A DNA stretch of 64,000 nucleotides from contig CAAFYY010000011.1 of the NCBI GenBank assembly GCA_900767385.1, forward strand, positions 1,358 through 65,357, in the 5' to 3' direction. The notes under the pieces were generated by a model that was not told the DNA's origin, did not search any database, and was given only the letters and a program-made list of their open reading frames with translations. The translations under genes were made by a program, and so were the position numbers. Every line of letters starts with the position of its first letter. The stretch's first letter is position 1. Positions 19,966 through 28,954 of this stretch are shown here, one piece after another. The DNA is from Bacteroidales bacterium (GTDB lineage: Bacteria > Bacteroidota > Bacteroidia > Bacteroidales > Paludibacteraceae).

Positions 19966-21504
19966 ATGTTAGCAAAAATCTATGCAGCCGCCGTACAAGG
20001 CGTAGGAGCCACACTCATCACCATCGAAGCCAAGCAGTCGATGGGCGTACGCTTCTACCTCGTCGGACTCCCCGACAACGCCGTCAAGGAGAGTCGCGAG
20101 CGCATCATGTCGGCACTGCAACACAATAAGATTCCAACTCCCAAGAAGCAGGTGGTCATCAATATGGCTCCAGCCGACATCAAGAAGGAAGGGGCCTCCT
20201 ACGATCTTCCGCTCGCCATCGGTATCCTCGCCGCCAACGAGACGGTCAAGACCGACCTCCTGGAGCAATATATCATCATGGGAGAGTTGTCGCTCGACGG
20301 TTCGCTCCACCCAGTCAAGGGTGTGCTCCCCATAGCCATCATGGCCAAGGAGAGAGGCTTCAAAGGGTGTATCCTCCCGAAAGAGAACTGCCGCGAAGCC
20401 GCCGTCATCGAAGATCTTGAGGTGTTCGGCGCCGAGAATCTCGTGGAGGTCATCGATTTCCTCAACGGCGTAGGCGAGCTCGACCGCGTCACCGTCGACC
20501 TCGACAAGGAGTTCAACTCGCAGACCGAGACGTTCGACATCGATTTCTCCGATGTCAAGGGACAAGACAGCGTCAAGCGTGCCATGGAGGTGGCTGCCGC
20601 CGGCGGTCACAATATCATCATGGTGGGCCCTCCGGGTGCCGGCAAGTCGATGATGGCGAAACGGATGCCGACGATTCTGCCGCCACTCACCATCCCGGAA
20701 GCCGTTGAGACAACGAAGATTCACTCCGTGGCAGGCAAGATAGAAGGCAACGTGTCGCTCATCGCACAACGTCCGTTCCGTAGTCCTCACCACACCATCT
20801 CCGATGTTGCCCTCGTAGGTGGCGGCACCTATCCGCAACCAGGCGAAATCTCGTTGGCACACAACGGCGTTCTGTTTCTTGACGAGCTGCCAGAGTTCAA
20901 GCGCACAGCCCTGGAGGTGCTGCGCCAACCACTGGAAGACCGCAAGATATCCATCTCACGCGCCATGTCGGCCATCGACTACCCCGCCAGTTTCACCCTC
21001 GTCGCCTCAATGAACCCATGCCCTTGCGGCTACTACACCCACCCTACCCGTCCGTGTACCTGTACCACAGGAGCCGTGCGGCGCTACCTCAGCAAGATCT
21101 CCGGTCCACTGCTCGACCGCATCGACATACAGATTGAGATCATCCCCGTCCCCTTCGAGCAACTGGCCGAGTTACAGCCTGCCGAGAGCAGTGCCGAGAT
21201 TCGCAAACGGGTGGTGAAGGCAAGGGAGATACAGGCTGAGCGATTCAAGAACGTGCCTGGTGTCTACTGCAATGCGCAGATGAATTCGCGCATGATACGC
21301 ATCTTTGCTCAGCCCGACGCCGAGGGACTCCAGCTCCTCAAACAGGCAATGCTCCGCTTCAACCTCTCTGCCCGCGCCTACGACCGCATCCTCAAGGTGG
21401 CACGCACTATCGCCGACCTCGACGGAGCCGCCCAGATCAACTCCGACCACATCTCCGAAGCCGTCGGCTATCGCAACCTCGACCGCGAAGGATGGGCAGG
21501 ATAG
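19966..21504 (+). CDS. comM: YifB/ComM family Mg-chelatase-like AAA+ ATPase
   Basis: N-terminal Lon-protease-like domain, Walker A MVGPPGAGKSM and GVLFLDELPEF. 512 aa is typical of the family. Confidence 0.9.
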   Translation: MLAKIYAAAVQGVGATLITIEAKQSMGVRFYLVGLPDNAVKESRERIMSALQHNKIPTPKKQVVINMAPADIKKEGASYDLPLAIGILAANETVKTDLLEQYIIMGELSLDGSLHPVKGVLPIAIMAKERGFKGCILPKENCREAAVIEDLEVFGAENLVEVIDFLNGVGELDRVTVDLDKEFNSQTETFDIDFSDVKGQDSVKRAMEVAAAGGHNIIMVGPPGAGKSMMAKRMPTILPPLTIPEAVETTKIHSVAGKIEGNVSLIAQRPFRSPHHTISDVALVGGGTYPQPGEISLAHNGVLFLDELPEFKRTALEVLRQPLEDRKISISRAMSAIDYPASFTLVASMNPCPCGYYTHPTRPCTCTTGAVRRYLSKISGPLLDRIDIQIEIIPVPFEQLAELQPAESSAEIRKRVVKAREIQAERFKNVPGVYCNAQMNSRMIRIFAQPDAEGLQLLKQAMLRFNLSARAYDRILKVARTIADLDGAAQINSDHISEAVGYRNLDREGWAG

Positions 21505-21570
21505 CACACAGCGCGAAGTATCATACCCTTCTGATTTTACTGATTGAACTCTCTAACGAACCCTTACGAT

Positions 21571-22104
21571 ATGCCACAACCCCAAGACAAGACGTCACTC
21601 CTCGACTCGGCTCAAGCATTGTTTGCCGAGTTGCAGACCCTATGGCAGAACACTGCTCTCTCAATACTGGAGACTGATTTCCTGCCACGCACGACAAAAG
21701 CCAAATGCACCACCTTTGAGCAAGGCGACAATATGCGGGATGTGCTGATGCATATCTACGAATGGCAACGTCTTCAGATCGCCTTTGTTGACAACATCCG
21801 CAAGGGCGAACCCAAGGACTTTATCCCCGACCCTTATCGCAAAAACTATAAGGAGATGGACGAAGTAAACCGTCTGAACGACCAGAAATACAGTGCCTCT
21901 GAAGCAATGGAGATGTTGAGACAGAGCCACGAAGAGATTGTTGCGCTCGCTGAATCATTCACAGAGGACGAACTCTTCGGGAAAAAAGTGTTCAAAGTGA
22001 CCTACACCACCACGATGGCTGCCTATTTCATGAGCGTAACCACCTCGCCCTACTCCCAAGCCATCAAGCGACTGAAAAGCCACATCCGCTCAATGAAAGG
22101 ATAG
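21571..22104 (+). CDS. ClbS/DfsB (DUF1706) family four-helix-bundle protein
   Basis: By-eye alignment to ClbS: HIYEWQRL..., ...SHEEIVALAESFTEDELFGKKVF... and TTSPYSQAIKRLK match ClbS blocks (WGELVLHW, LVALIERFSNDELYGKPWY, TASPYKNASGRLNK). The first ATG in the frame is at 21571. Confidence 0.6.
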   Translation: MPQPQDKTSLLDSAQALFAELQTLWQNTALSILETDFLPRTTKAKCTTFEQGDNMRDVLMHIYEWQRLQIAFVDNIRKGEPKDFIPDPYRKNYKEMDEVNRLNDQKYSASEAMEMLRQSHEEIVALAESFTEDELFGKKVFKVTYTTTMAAYFMSVTTSPYSQAIKRLKSHIRSMKG

Positions 22105-22173
22105 ATTCCCACACCGAAATCGTTAAAGCAACAAAATTTTTGACAATTAAGTTGGTCCTTATAAAATAATTAG

Positions 22174-22181
22174 TATCTTTG
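22174..22181 (+). promoter_or_regulatory. Bacteroidota -7 promoter box (TAnnTTTG)
   Basis: TATCTTTG ends only 4 nt before ATG 22186. Confidence 0.5.
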
Positions 22182-22185
22182 CGGC

Positions 22186-22641
22186 ATGGATACAGACACT
22201 CTGATTACGTTTGCTTGCGTCGCTTTTGCTGGATTCATCACCTTCATCAAGTTTATCAGCAGGATAGCAGCCAAGCAGAAAGCTCTCAACGAACAGCTTG
22301 AGAAAAGACAGCAACAAAATCGCCAGGAACGCCAGATGGTGATGGACGAAGAGCGCCCTCAGCAGCAGGAACGCCCACGCAAGAAACACCGTCCTTCATT
22401 TCAGGATTTCATGGCCGACCTCTTCAACCAGACACAGAGGCCTCAGCAGAAGAAGCAGCCTCTCGAGAAGCCTCAACCACTCTTTGAGGAGGGCGAACGC
22501 ACCATCGTACACCACGAGAAAGCTGGACAGACGGCTCAGCCTGCCGAGCCATGGAAAGGGGTGGAGGGACTGACCGAGGCACAGAAGCTCTTTGTCTATA
22601 GCGAGATTATCCAACCGAAATATCAGGACGACCTCTTCTAA
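22186..22641 (+). CDS. hypothetical membrane-anchored Gln/Glu/Pro-rich protein
   Basis: N-terminal TM segment (LITFACVAFAGFITFIKFI) followed by a low-complexity QQQNRQERQ...QQKKQP region. Flanked by its own promoter box and terminator. No family recognised. Confidence 0.5.
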   Translation: MDTDTLITFACVAFAGFITFIKFISRIAAKQKALNEQLEKRQQQNRQERQMVMDEERPQQQERPRKKHRPSFQDFMADLFNQTQRPQQKKQPLEKPQPLFEEGERTIVHHEKAGQTAQPAEPWKGVEGLTEAQKLFVYSEIIQPKYQDDLF

Positions 22642-22670
22642 ACGGTCGACCGATTTCATACCGAGATAGA

Positions 22671-22707
22671 AGCCTTGAGCACCCCCATGCTCAGGGCTTT
22701 TCTTTTC
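22671..22707 (+). terminator. rho-independent terminator
   Basis: Stem AGCCTTGAGCA / TGCTCAGGGCT with a 6-nt loop, then TTTCTTTTC. Confidence 0.6.
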
Positions 22708-22785
22708 TCCAAAAGGCGATGAGGAAGAAATGGGAGACCAAAAACAACGAGACAGAATTGCCGACCACAAAAAGAGGAATCGGGA

Positions 22786-22905
22786 GGGCTGAAACGATTT
22801 CCCTCACACGACAGCAGGATACAAAAAAAGGGCTAAGATTTCCCACACACGACAGCACGATGGAAAAAAAGGGTTGAGATTTCCATCACAGAAACACCCG
22901 ATCCC
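22786..22905 (+). repeat. tandem direct repeat, ~41-44 bp unit x ~2.7
   Basis: Units start at 22786, 22830 and 22871, with the form GGGCT(G/A)A..GATTTCCC(T)CACACGACAGCA(G/C)GAT..AAAAAAA. The third unit is degenerate (GGGTTGAGATTTCCATCACAG). Confidence 0.7.
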
Positions 22906-23155
22906 ATTTGCCAGAGACAAAATCCTTTATAAAACCCTACGAAAGACAATCAGCAAACTCAAATCGTGGAGCCACACTCCCGAACGGCAGACGGCAGCCA
23001 TAGATTCCGCAACGGAAATCTCCCTTTCCGGAGCGATGGTAGCAGTTTTTTTCCCGTCGTCGCCATCTGCGCCGCCCTCCCGCCACCAAAGCAACACACC
23101 CCGAAAGTCGGTCGGACTCTCGGGGTGCGTTGCGCTGAAAAAGGACTCGGAACGA

Positions 23156-23653
23156 CTATCTTCCGAAATCGAGTTGAAGACGGGAGAAAGAGAATGGCAG
23201 GAGGTCGTCGACACACTTCAGCCGTAGCGTGCCCTTTTCGCCATAGAGGAGCACCTCGATGGACTTCCCGAAGCGTTGCTCCGTCTCGACAAGCACCTGT
23301 CGGCAGGCGCCGCAAGGGGAGATAGGCTGTGGTAGGAAACCGTTTTCGTTGTAGGCTGCCACCGCTATCGCCAGCGGTCTCACCTCGGGATAGCGGGCAT
23401 TGGCCATATACATCGTCACCCGCTCGGCGCAGAGACTCGACGGATAGGCGGCATTCTCTTGGTTGTTGCCAACCACGGTCTCGCCGTTCGCCAACAGTAC
23501 GGCAGCGCCCACATGGAAACGGGAATAGGGGGCATACGCCTTGGCAGCCGACTCCTTGGCGAGCGTCACGAGGTGCTGCTGAGACTCGGAGAGTTCCTCA
23601 AAGTCAAACAGTTCGCCTTGGATATTCAGTGAGACAGTCTTCATGCGAATCAA
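23156..23653 (-). CDS. cdd: cytidine deaminase
   Basis: Zinc motifs CAERV and PCGACRQ, plus APYSRFHVGAA. The start could be 23653 or 23644 (MKTVS). Confidence 0.85.
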   Translation of the reverse strand: MIRMKTVSLNIQGELFDFEELSESQQHLVTLAKESAAKAYAPYSRFHVGAAVLLANGETVVGNNQENAAYPSSLCAERVTMYMANARYPEVRPLAIAVAAYNENGFLPQPISPCGACRQVLVETEQRFGKSIEVLLYGEKGTLRLKCVDDLLPFSFSRLQLDFGR

Positions 23654-24477
23654 TGAAAGAGTTCGTCGGCTGAGACGGTGAAATTGGCAATATCCTGATC
23701 CAACAATGTGGAGTGGAGCACGATATGGAAGTTGACCTTTGCCTTGCAGAGTTTGTCGGCAATCACACCATACTGTCTGGAGATCTGCGACTTATAGGCA
23801 GGCATCAACATCTCCTCCAACGCCTCCTCAGAAGGGAGTTGGTCTGATTTGACATCGAAATAAAGGAGGTGTTCGTTGCCGTTGGTCTCAAGACGTGAGA
23901 GGGTCTGAATCTCGTCGATAACCAGAGGAACAGGGCCAAACACGGAGTCGTCAATCATCTTAATCGAAGTCTTCCAATCGACATCGGCGAAATCCTCCTC
24001 TGTGAAAGGGAGTTCCATCTCTTCGCCTTCGCCAAAGGGGACCTCTTCAATAGCGCCTGTGAGCATCTCCTTGATGATATCGAGGTCTTCAAACGGGATG
24101 ACGAAACGGGCAAACGGTTTGTCACCCTTTAGGGTGAGTTCCATGCCAGTGGTGATTCCGTTTTTGTAGACGAGTGGGATGATATCCATCTCCAGAAGTC
24201 GTTCGAAGACATAGCCTTGCACATTGTTGGAGTCGGCCATGAATGCCATCATGCCATCCACCTCCTTCTTGAAGTCGACCGTGAGAATCAGTGTGTCGAC
24301 CTCAACGCGGTAGTCGAGAGTGATTGGCGAGTCCTCGGTGTTGAGCAACTCCTTCTGCTCCTCGAGGCGGTTGACAAGTTCTTCATCCAGCGGATGGTTC
24401 TTCTGTTTGTGACAGGCAGACAACAGCATGGCAACCAACAGGGTCGCGGCCGTTACGTAAGTAAAAAGTCTTTTCAT
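23650..24477 (-). CDS. hypothetical lipoprotein
   Basis: Lipobox MKRLFTYVTAATLLVAMLLSAC. Acidic 275-aa protein with no recognised family. Its stop overlaps the cdd start. Confidence 0.55.
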   Translation of the reverse strand: MKRLFTYVTAATLLVAMLLSACHKQKNHPLDEELVNRLEEQKELLNTEDSPITLDYRVEVDTLILTVDFKKEVDGMMAFMADSNNVQGYVFERLLEMDIIPLVYKNGITTGMELTLKGDKPFARFVIPFEDLDIIKEMLTGAIEEVPFGEGEEMELPFTEEDFADVDWKTSIKMIDDSVFGPVPLVIDEIQTLSRLETNGNEHLLYFDVKSDQLPSEEALEEMLMPAYKSQISRQYGVIADKLCKAKVNFHIVLHSTLLDQDIANFTVSADELFH

Positions 24478-24498
24478 TATCTTATTGTTGTTATTTCT

Positions 24499-25752
24499 TT
24501 AGAGATAGATTTGCTCGCGGTCTTCTGCGATGGTGATCCAGTCGACGAAGTTGTTGAACGGCACCACCTTGGCAGCCAGACGCTGTGAGAGGTTGATGTT
24601 GAGAATCTCCTGCGGGCAGTCGGAGTGGATGCAGACGATAGCCTCTCGCGGCTGCACAGCCTCAGCGAGTTGCGCGATATGGTTGGGCAGGGCGTGACCC
24701 GTCGTATGGATATCCACGACATTGTGGAAGAGCGCATGGATGGCGGCAAACTCGGGCATCAGCTTACGGTTGAGTTCGTTGAGATAGTTCTGTGGCCACG
24801 AGGCGAAAATCAGTCCGCAATCGTCTTGGCCAAACCGATTGAGTTTGTTGCGCAGCTCCTCGTATTGGTCGGAGAGCACGGGATAGACATAACGGTCGAT
24901 GGACGACTCGGGCACCTCCTCCTTCCGATAGATACTGTTGAAGGCGAACACCTCCGACTCCGTCCGTCCGGTATAGGCCCGTTTGTAGAATCGCAGCATC
25001 TGGGCAAGCCGCTCGCTGGTCACGCACATCTTCTTGCCAGCGAGAGCGGCAGCGTGGTTGATAGTAGCCAGACGTTCCACATCAGACGGCGAACAGAGCA
25101 CAAAGGTGCGGCGGTATCGCTTCATGAAATCGGCCATCGGCTCCACGAGTTCCTCCTCATAGGGTTCCTGTTCGGTGGTGCCGAGCATCGTTCCTTCCGT
25201 GATGAGCACATCTACCGGCAACACATTGTTGTAGAGAAGCGTGCAGAGATTCTGCTGCACCCATCCGTGAAGACGGAAGTCGCCCGTATGGAGTATGCGC
25301 TTGCCGCCGGCGGTGATGAGCAGCATGGAGGAGTCGAAGACGGAGTGGGAGACGGCTATCGGGGTGATGCCGATGTCGCCCACCCAGAAGGTCGCGCCTA
25401 TCTGACCCTGTTGCGGACTGACCCATGTGCGCACCTTGCCCAACGGCAGCCATGGCGGACAGCCCCACTTCGTTCCCTTGCTCATATAGATGGGAATCTC
25501 CTTGGGAACAAAAGGGAGCAGACCGGTGTGGTCGAGGTGGGAGTGGGTGATGACCACTGCCGTATAACGATGCGACTCATTGCCAAAGAGTTTCGAAACA
25601 CGAGCGCGATCCTCCTCCTCCGACGGGATACCATGGTAAGGGAAGTTCTGCCCGAGGTCGACGACGACCTTGCTTCTGGCCGTCCGAATCTCGGTGATAC
25701 AGCCCCCTATCTGGTAGGCACCGCGGTGAACTATGACGCTTACATCTGACAT
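24499..25752 (-). CDS. MBL-fold metallo-hydrolase (RNase J / beta-CASP-like architecture)
   Basis: Metallo-beta-lactamase motif VITHSHLDHTG, followed by HTGDFR and a C-terminal HTTGH. 417 aa. Confidence 0.7.
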   Translation of the reverse strand: MSDVSVIVHRGAYQIGGCITEIRTARSKVVVDLGQNFPYHGIPSEEEDRARVSKLFGNESHRYTAVVITHSHLDHTGLLPFVPKEIPIYMSKGTKWGCPPWLPLGKVRTWVSPQQGQIGATFWVGDIGITPIAVSHSVFDSSMLLITAGGKRILHTGDFRLHGWVQQNLCTLLYNNVLPVDVLITEGTMLGTTEQEPYEEELVEPMADFMKRYRRTFVLCSPSDVERLATINHAAALAGKKMCVTSERLAQMLRFYKRAYTGRTESEVFAFNSIYRKEEVPESSIDRYVYPVLSDQYEELRNKLNRFGQDDCGLIFASWPQNYLNELNRKLMPEFAAIHALFHNVVDIHTTGHALPNHIAQLAEAVQPREAIVCIHSDCPQEILNINLSQRLAAKVVPFNNFVDWITIAEDREQIYL

Positions 25753-25925
25753 TGTCTGATTCAGGATTTTTGAGGTTGTAAAGGTACATCTTTGTTTCGT
25801 TACACCCTCTAAAATTTAACATATTTAACACAAAAACCAATCTGCTCCGCCCCTGCCGACAGGAAGGGTAAAAAACTTGGAAAAATAAAATGGACAAGGC
25901 AACACCTATTTCAAACGAAATTTCT

Positions 25926-25933
25926 TATCTTTG
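25926..25933 (+). promoter_or_regulatory. Bacteroidota -7 promoter box (TAnnTTTG) for gcvP
   Basis: TATCTTTG lies ~115 nt upstream of the gcvP ATG, implying a long leader. Confidence 0.45.
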
Positions 25934-26048
25934 CAAGTCGTAACGTGCGTTGGTGTATCCCATCGGAAAAACCCTCCTACAGAAGGATAAGACACTGAGG
26001 CACAGACATAGAGAAAAAGAAACAAAACAATAAAAATCTTTATATTCA

Positions 26049-28892
26049 ATGGACAAAAAATTCTCACGCAGGCATATCGGCATCACCGATAAAGACCTCC
26101 CAAAGATGTTGGAGACCGTTGGTGTGAAATCTGTTGATGAACTCATCGACCAGACCATCCCTTCAAACATCCGACTCCAAGAAACTCTCCCTCTTGGCAA
26201 AGCCATGACCGAGGCTGAGTACTTCAACCACATTCACGAGTTGGCTCAAAAGAACATCATCGCCGACAACTACATCGGCATGGGCTTCTATGGTTGCGAA
26301 ACTCCAGCCGTTATCCTCCGCAACATCTTCGAGAACCCAGTATGGTACACCTCATACACTCCATATCAGGCAGAGATCTCACAAGGCCGTCTTGAAGCTT
26401 TGTTGAACTACCAGACCATGATCTGCGACATCACAGGCCTGCCTCTCTCAAACTGCTCACTCCTCGACGAAGGCACAGCAGCTGCTGAGGCTGTTACCAT
26501 GATGATGGCTCTCCGCAGCCGCGACATGGTGAAAGCTGGCGTCAACACCCTCTTCGTTGACGAGAACATCTTCCGCACCACCCTCGACGTCATCCGCACC
26601 CGCGCTCACTTCCAGGGCATCAACGTCTTGGTTGGCAACTTCGAGACCTTCGACTTCTCAACACCAATCTTCGGCGCACTCGTTCAATATCCTGCCGGCG
26701 ACGGTAGCGTCTGCTGCTACAAAGCATTCGCTGAGAAATGTCACGAGCACGGCGCATTGGTAACTGCCGACGCCGACCTCCTCGCTCAGACCATCCTCAC
26801 CCCTGCCGGCCAATGGGGCGCCGACATCGTGATGGGTTCAACCCAACGCATGGGTATGCCAATGTACTTCGGTGGTCCTTCTGCAGGCTACCTCGCTTGC
26901 CGCGACGAGTACAAACGTCAAATCCCAGGCCGTATCATCGGTATCTCAAAAGACGCCAACGGCAAGAAAACCTACCGCTTGGCTCTCCAATCACGCGAGC
27001 AACACATCAAACGCGAGAAAGCCCTCTCTAACGTCTGCACCGCTCAGGCTCTCACAGCCGTTATGACTGGCTTCTACGCTGCCTACCACGGCAACGACGG
27101 CATCCAAGCCATCGCCCGCGACGTCAACAAGAAAGCAACATACATCGAGAAAGTGCTCGTTGCTATGGGTTGCAAACAGTTGAACAAAGTCTACTTCGAC
27201 ACCCTCCACATCGAACTCCCTGCCGGCGTGAAAGCAGAGGCTCTCCGCGAGGCTTTGGAGAAAGAGCTCATCAACATCCGCTACTTCGCCGACGGCACCA
27301 TCGGTATCTCTACCGACGAATGCACCAACTGCGAAGGCGTGAAGAAAATGCTCGCCGTATTCGGCAAAGTGCTCGGCGTGGCTGTTCCTGAAATCTGCTG
27401 CTGCTGCACCGAGAGCACCATCCCAGCTGCTGCCCTCCGTCAGGACAAGGCTTTGAAACACGAAATCTTCGAGAAATATCACACCGAGACCGAAATGATG
27501 CGCTACATCAAATGGCTCGACCGCAAAGATATCTCTCTCACACAATCCATGATCTCTCTCGGCTCTTGCACCATGAAACTCAACGCTGCCGTTGAGATGT
27601 TGCCATTGAGCTGGGCTGAGTTCCAGAACATCCACCCATACGCTCCAAAGAGCCAAGTGAAGGGCTACACCGAGATGATTGAGAATATCTCAAAACAACT
27701 CATGGTCATCTCTGGCTTCGACGCTTGCTGCCTCCAAGGCCTCTCTGGTGCTGCCGGTGAATACGCTGGCTTGCTCACCATCCGTCGCTACCAAGAGAAC
27801 AACGGCAACGCACAACGCAATATCATCCTCATCCCTTCATCAGCTCACGGCACCAACCCTGCTTCAGCAATGCAAGCCGGCTTGACTCCTGTCATCACCC
27901 GCTGCGATGAGAACGGTAACGTCGACGTTGAAGACATCCGCGCTAAAGCACAAGAGTACAAAGACACCCTCTGCGGCTTGATGATCACCTATCCTTCAAC
28001 CCACGGTATCTTCGAACCTGCTATCCGCGAAATCTGCGACATCATCCACGCCAACGGCGGTCTCGTATTCATGGACGGTGCCAACATGAACGGCCAGATC
28101 GGCTTGACCTCTCCTGGCTTCATCGGTGCCGACGTATGCCACTTGAACCTCCACAAATCATTCGCATCACCTCACGCAGGTGGCGGTCCTGGCGTAGGCC
28201 CAATCTGCTGCAACAGCAAACTCGCTGCCTATATCCCAAGCCACAGCGAAATCGACCCAGAGTCACCCTTCACCGCCATCTCATCTGCCCCTTACGGCAA
28301 CGCAGGCTTGCTCCCAATCACCTACGGCTACATCTCAATGATGGGCGGCGAAGGCTTGGCTGAAGCAACCAAAGCGGCTATCCTCAGCGCCAACTACCTC
28401 ACCAAGAAACTCGAAAAGAGCTACGGTATCGTCTACACCGGCGTTACTGGCCGCGTAGGTCACGAGATGATTCTCGACTGCCGCCACTTCAAAGCAGAAT
28501 ACGGTGTAACAGAGGCCGACATCGCAAAACGTATGATGGACTACGGCTACCACGCACCAACCCTCTCATTCCCTGTTCACGGCACCTTGATGATTGAGCC
28601 AACAGAGAGTGAAAGCCTCGCCGAACTCGATCGCTTCGTAGAAATGATGGCCAACATCCGCATGGAAATCGAAGAAATCAAGAGCGGTGCTGCCGACGCC
28701 AAAGACAACGTGCTCGTAAACGCTCCACACCCAGAGTATGTGGTTTGCACCGACAACTGGGAACACGCTTACGGACGTGAGAAAGCTGCTTATCCTCTGG
28801 AATGGGTTCGCGAGAACAAATTCTGGGTTAACGTGGCTCGCGTTGACGACGGTTGGGGCGACCGCAACCTCATCACCGTTACCCAAGACTAA
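26049..28892 (+). CDS. gcvP: glycine dehydrogenase (decarboxylating), glycine cleavage system P protein
   Basis: 947-aa single-chain P protein with PLP-lysine context CHLNLHKSFASPHAGGGPG and the family-typical N-terminus FSRRHIG. Confidence 0.95.
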   Translation: MDKKFSRRHIGITDKDLPKMLETVGVKSVDELIDQTIPSNIRLQETLPLGKAMTEAEYFNHIHELAQKNIIADNYIGMGFYGCETPAVILRNIFENPVWYTSYTPYQAEISQGRLEALLNYQTMICDITGLPLSNCSLLDEGTAAAEAVTMMMALRSRDMVKAGVNTLFVDENIFRTTLDVIRTRAHFQGINVLVGNFETFDFSTPIFGALVQYPAGDGSVCCYKAFAEKCHEHGALVTADADLLAQTILTPAGQWGADIVMGSTQRMGMPMYFGGPSAGYLACRDEYKRQIPGRIIGISKDANGKKTYRLALQSREQHIKREKALSNVCTAQALTAVMTGFYAAYHGNDGIQAIARDVNKKATYIEKVLVAMGCKQLNKVYFDTLHIELPAGVKAEALREALEKELINIRYFADGTIGISTDECTNCEGVKKMLAVFGKVLGVAVPEICCCCTESTIPAAALRQDKALKHEIFEKYHTETEMMRYIKWLDRKDISLTQSMISLGSCTMKLNAAVEMLPLSWAEFQNIHPYAPKSQVKGYTEMIENISKQLMVISGFDACCLQGLSGAAGEYAGLLTIRRYQENNGNAQRNIILIPSSAHGTNPASAMQAGLTPVITRCDENGNVDVEDIRAKAQEYKDTLCGLMITYPSTHGIFEPAIREICDIIHANGGLVFMDGANMNGQIGLTSPGFIGADVCHLNLHKSFASPHAGGGPGVGPICCNSKLAAYIPSHSEIDPESPFTAISSAPYGNAGLLPITYGYISMMGGEGLAEATKAAILSANYLTKKLEKSYGIVYTGVTGRVGHEMILDCRHFKAEYGVTEADIAKRMMDYGYHAPTLSFPVHGTLMIEPTESESLAELDRFVEMMANIRMEIEEIKSGAADAKDNVLVNAPHPEYVVCTDNWEHAYGREKAAYPLEWVRENKFWVNVARVDDGWGDRNLITVTQD

Positions 28893-28914
28893 TCGTCGAT
28901 AACGACATAAACCA

Positions 28915-28954
28915 ACCCCCGTACATTTTCATAATGTATGGGGGTTTTTCTTTT
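28915..28954 (+). terminator. rho-independent terminator after gcvP
   Basis: Stem ACCCCCGTACAT / ATGTATGGGGGT with a 7-nt loop, followed by TTTTCTTTT. Confidence 0.65.

Noticed and set aside
22786-22905. Tandem repeats considered as a CRISPR array (also applies to 18728-19003).
   Set aside because: The units abut directly with no unique spacers. There are only about 3 copies, the units are degenerate, and no cas genes are in the window.
22874-23325. Cluster of mutually overlapping ORFs (22874..23227+, 22927..23214-, 22959..23315-, 22966..23325+) downstream of or overlapping cdd.
   Set aside because: They overlap each other and the 3' end of cdd in several frames, are Arg/Pro/Ser-rich, and have no signal or motif. 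This is consistent with random open frames in GC-rich non-coding DNA.
25934-26048. Possible glycine riboswitch in the ~115-nt gcvP leader.
   Set aside because: I looked for the conserved GGAGAG...ACCGAAGGGGCAA...CTCTCAGGCAAAAGGAC cores and found none. Only weak 5-bp stems are present. A cmsearch with RF00504 would settle it.
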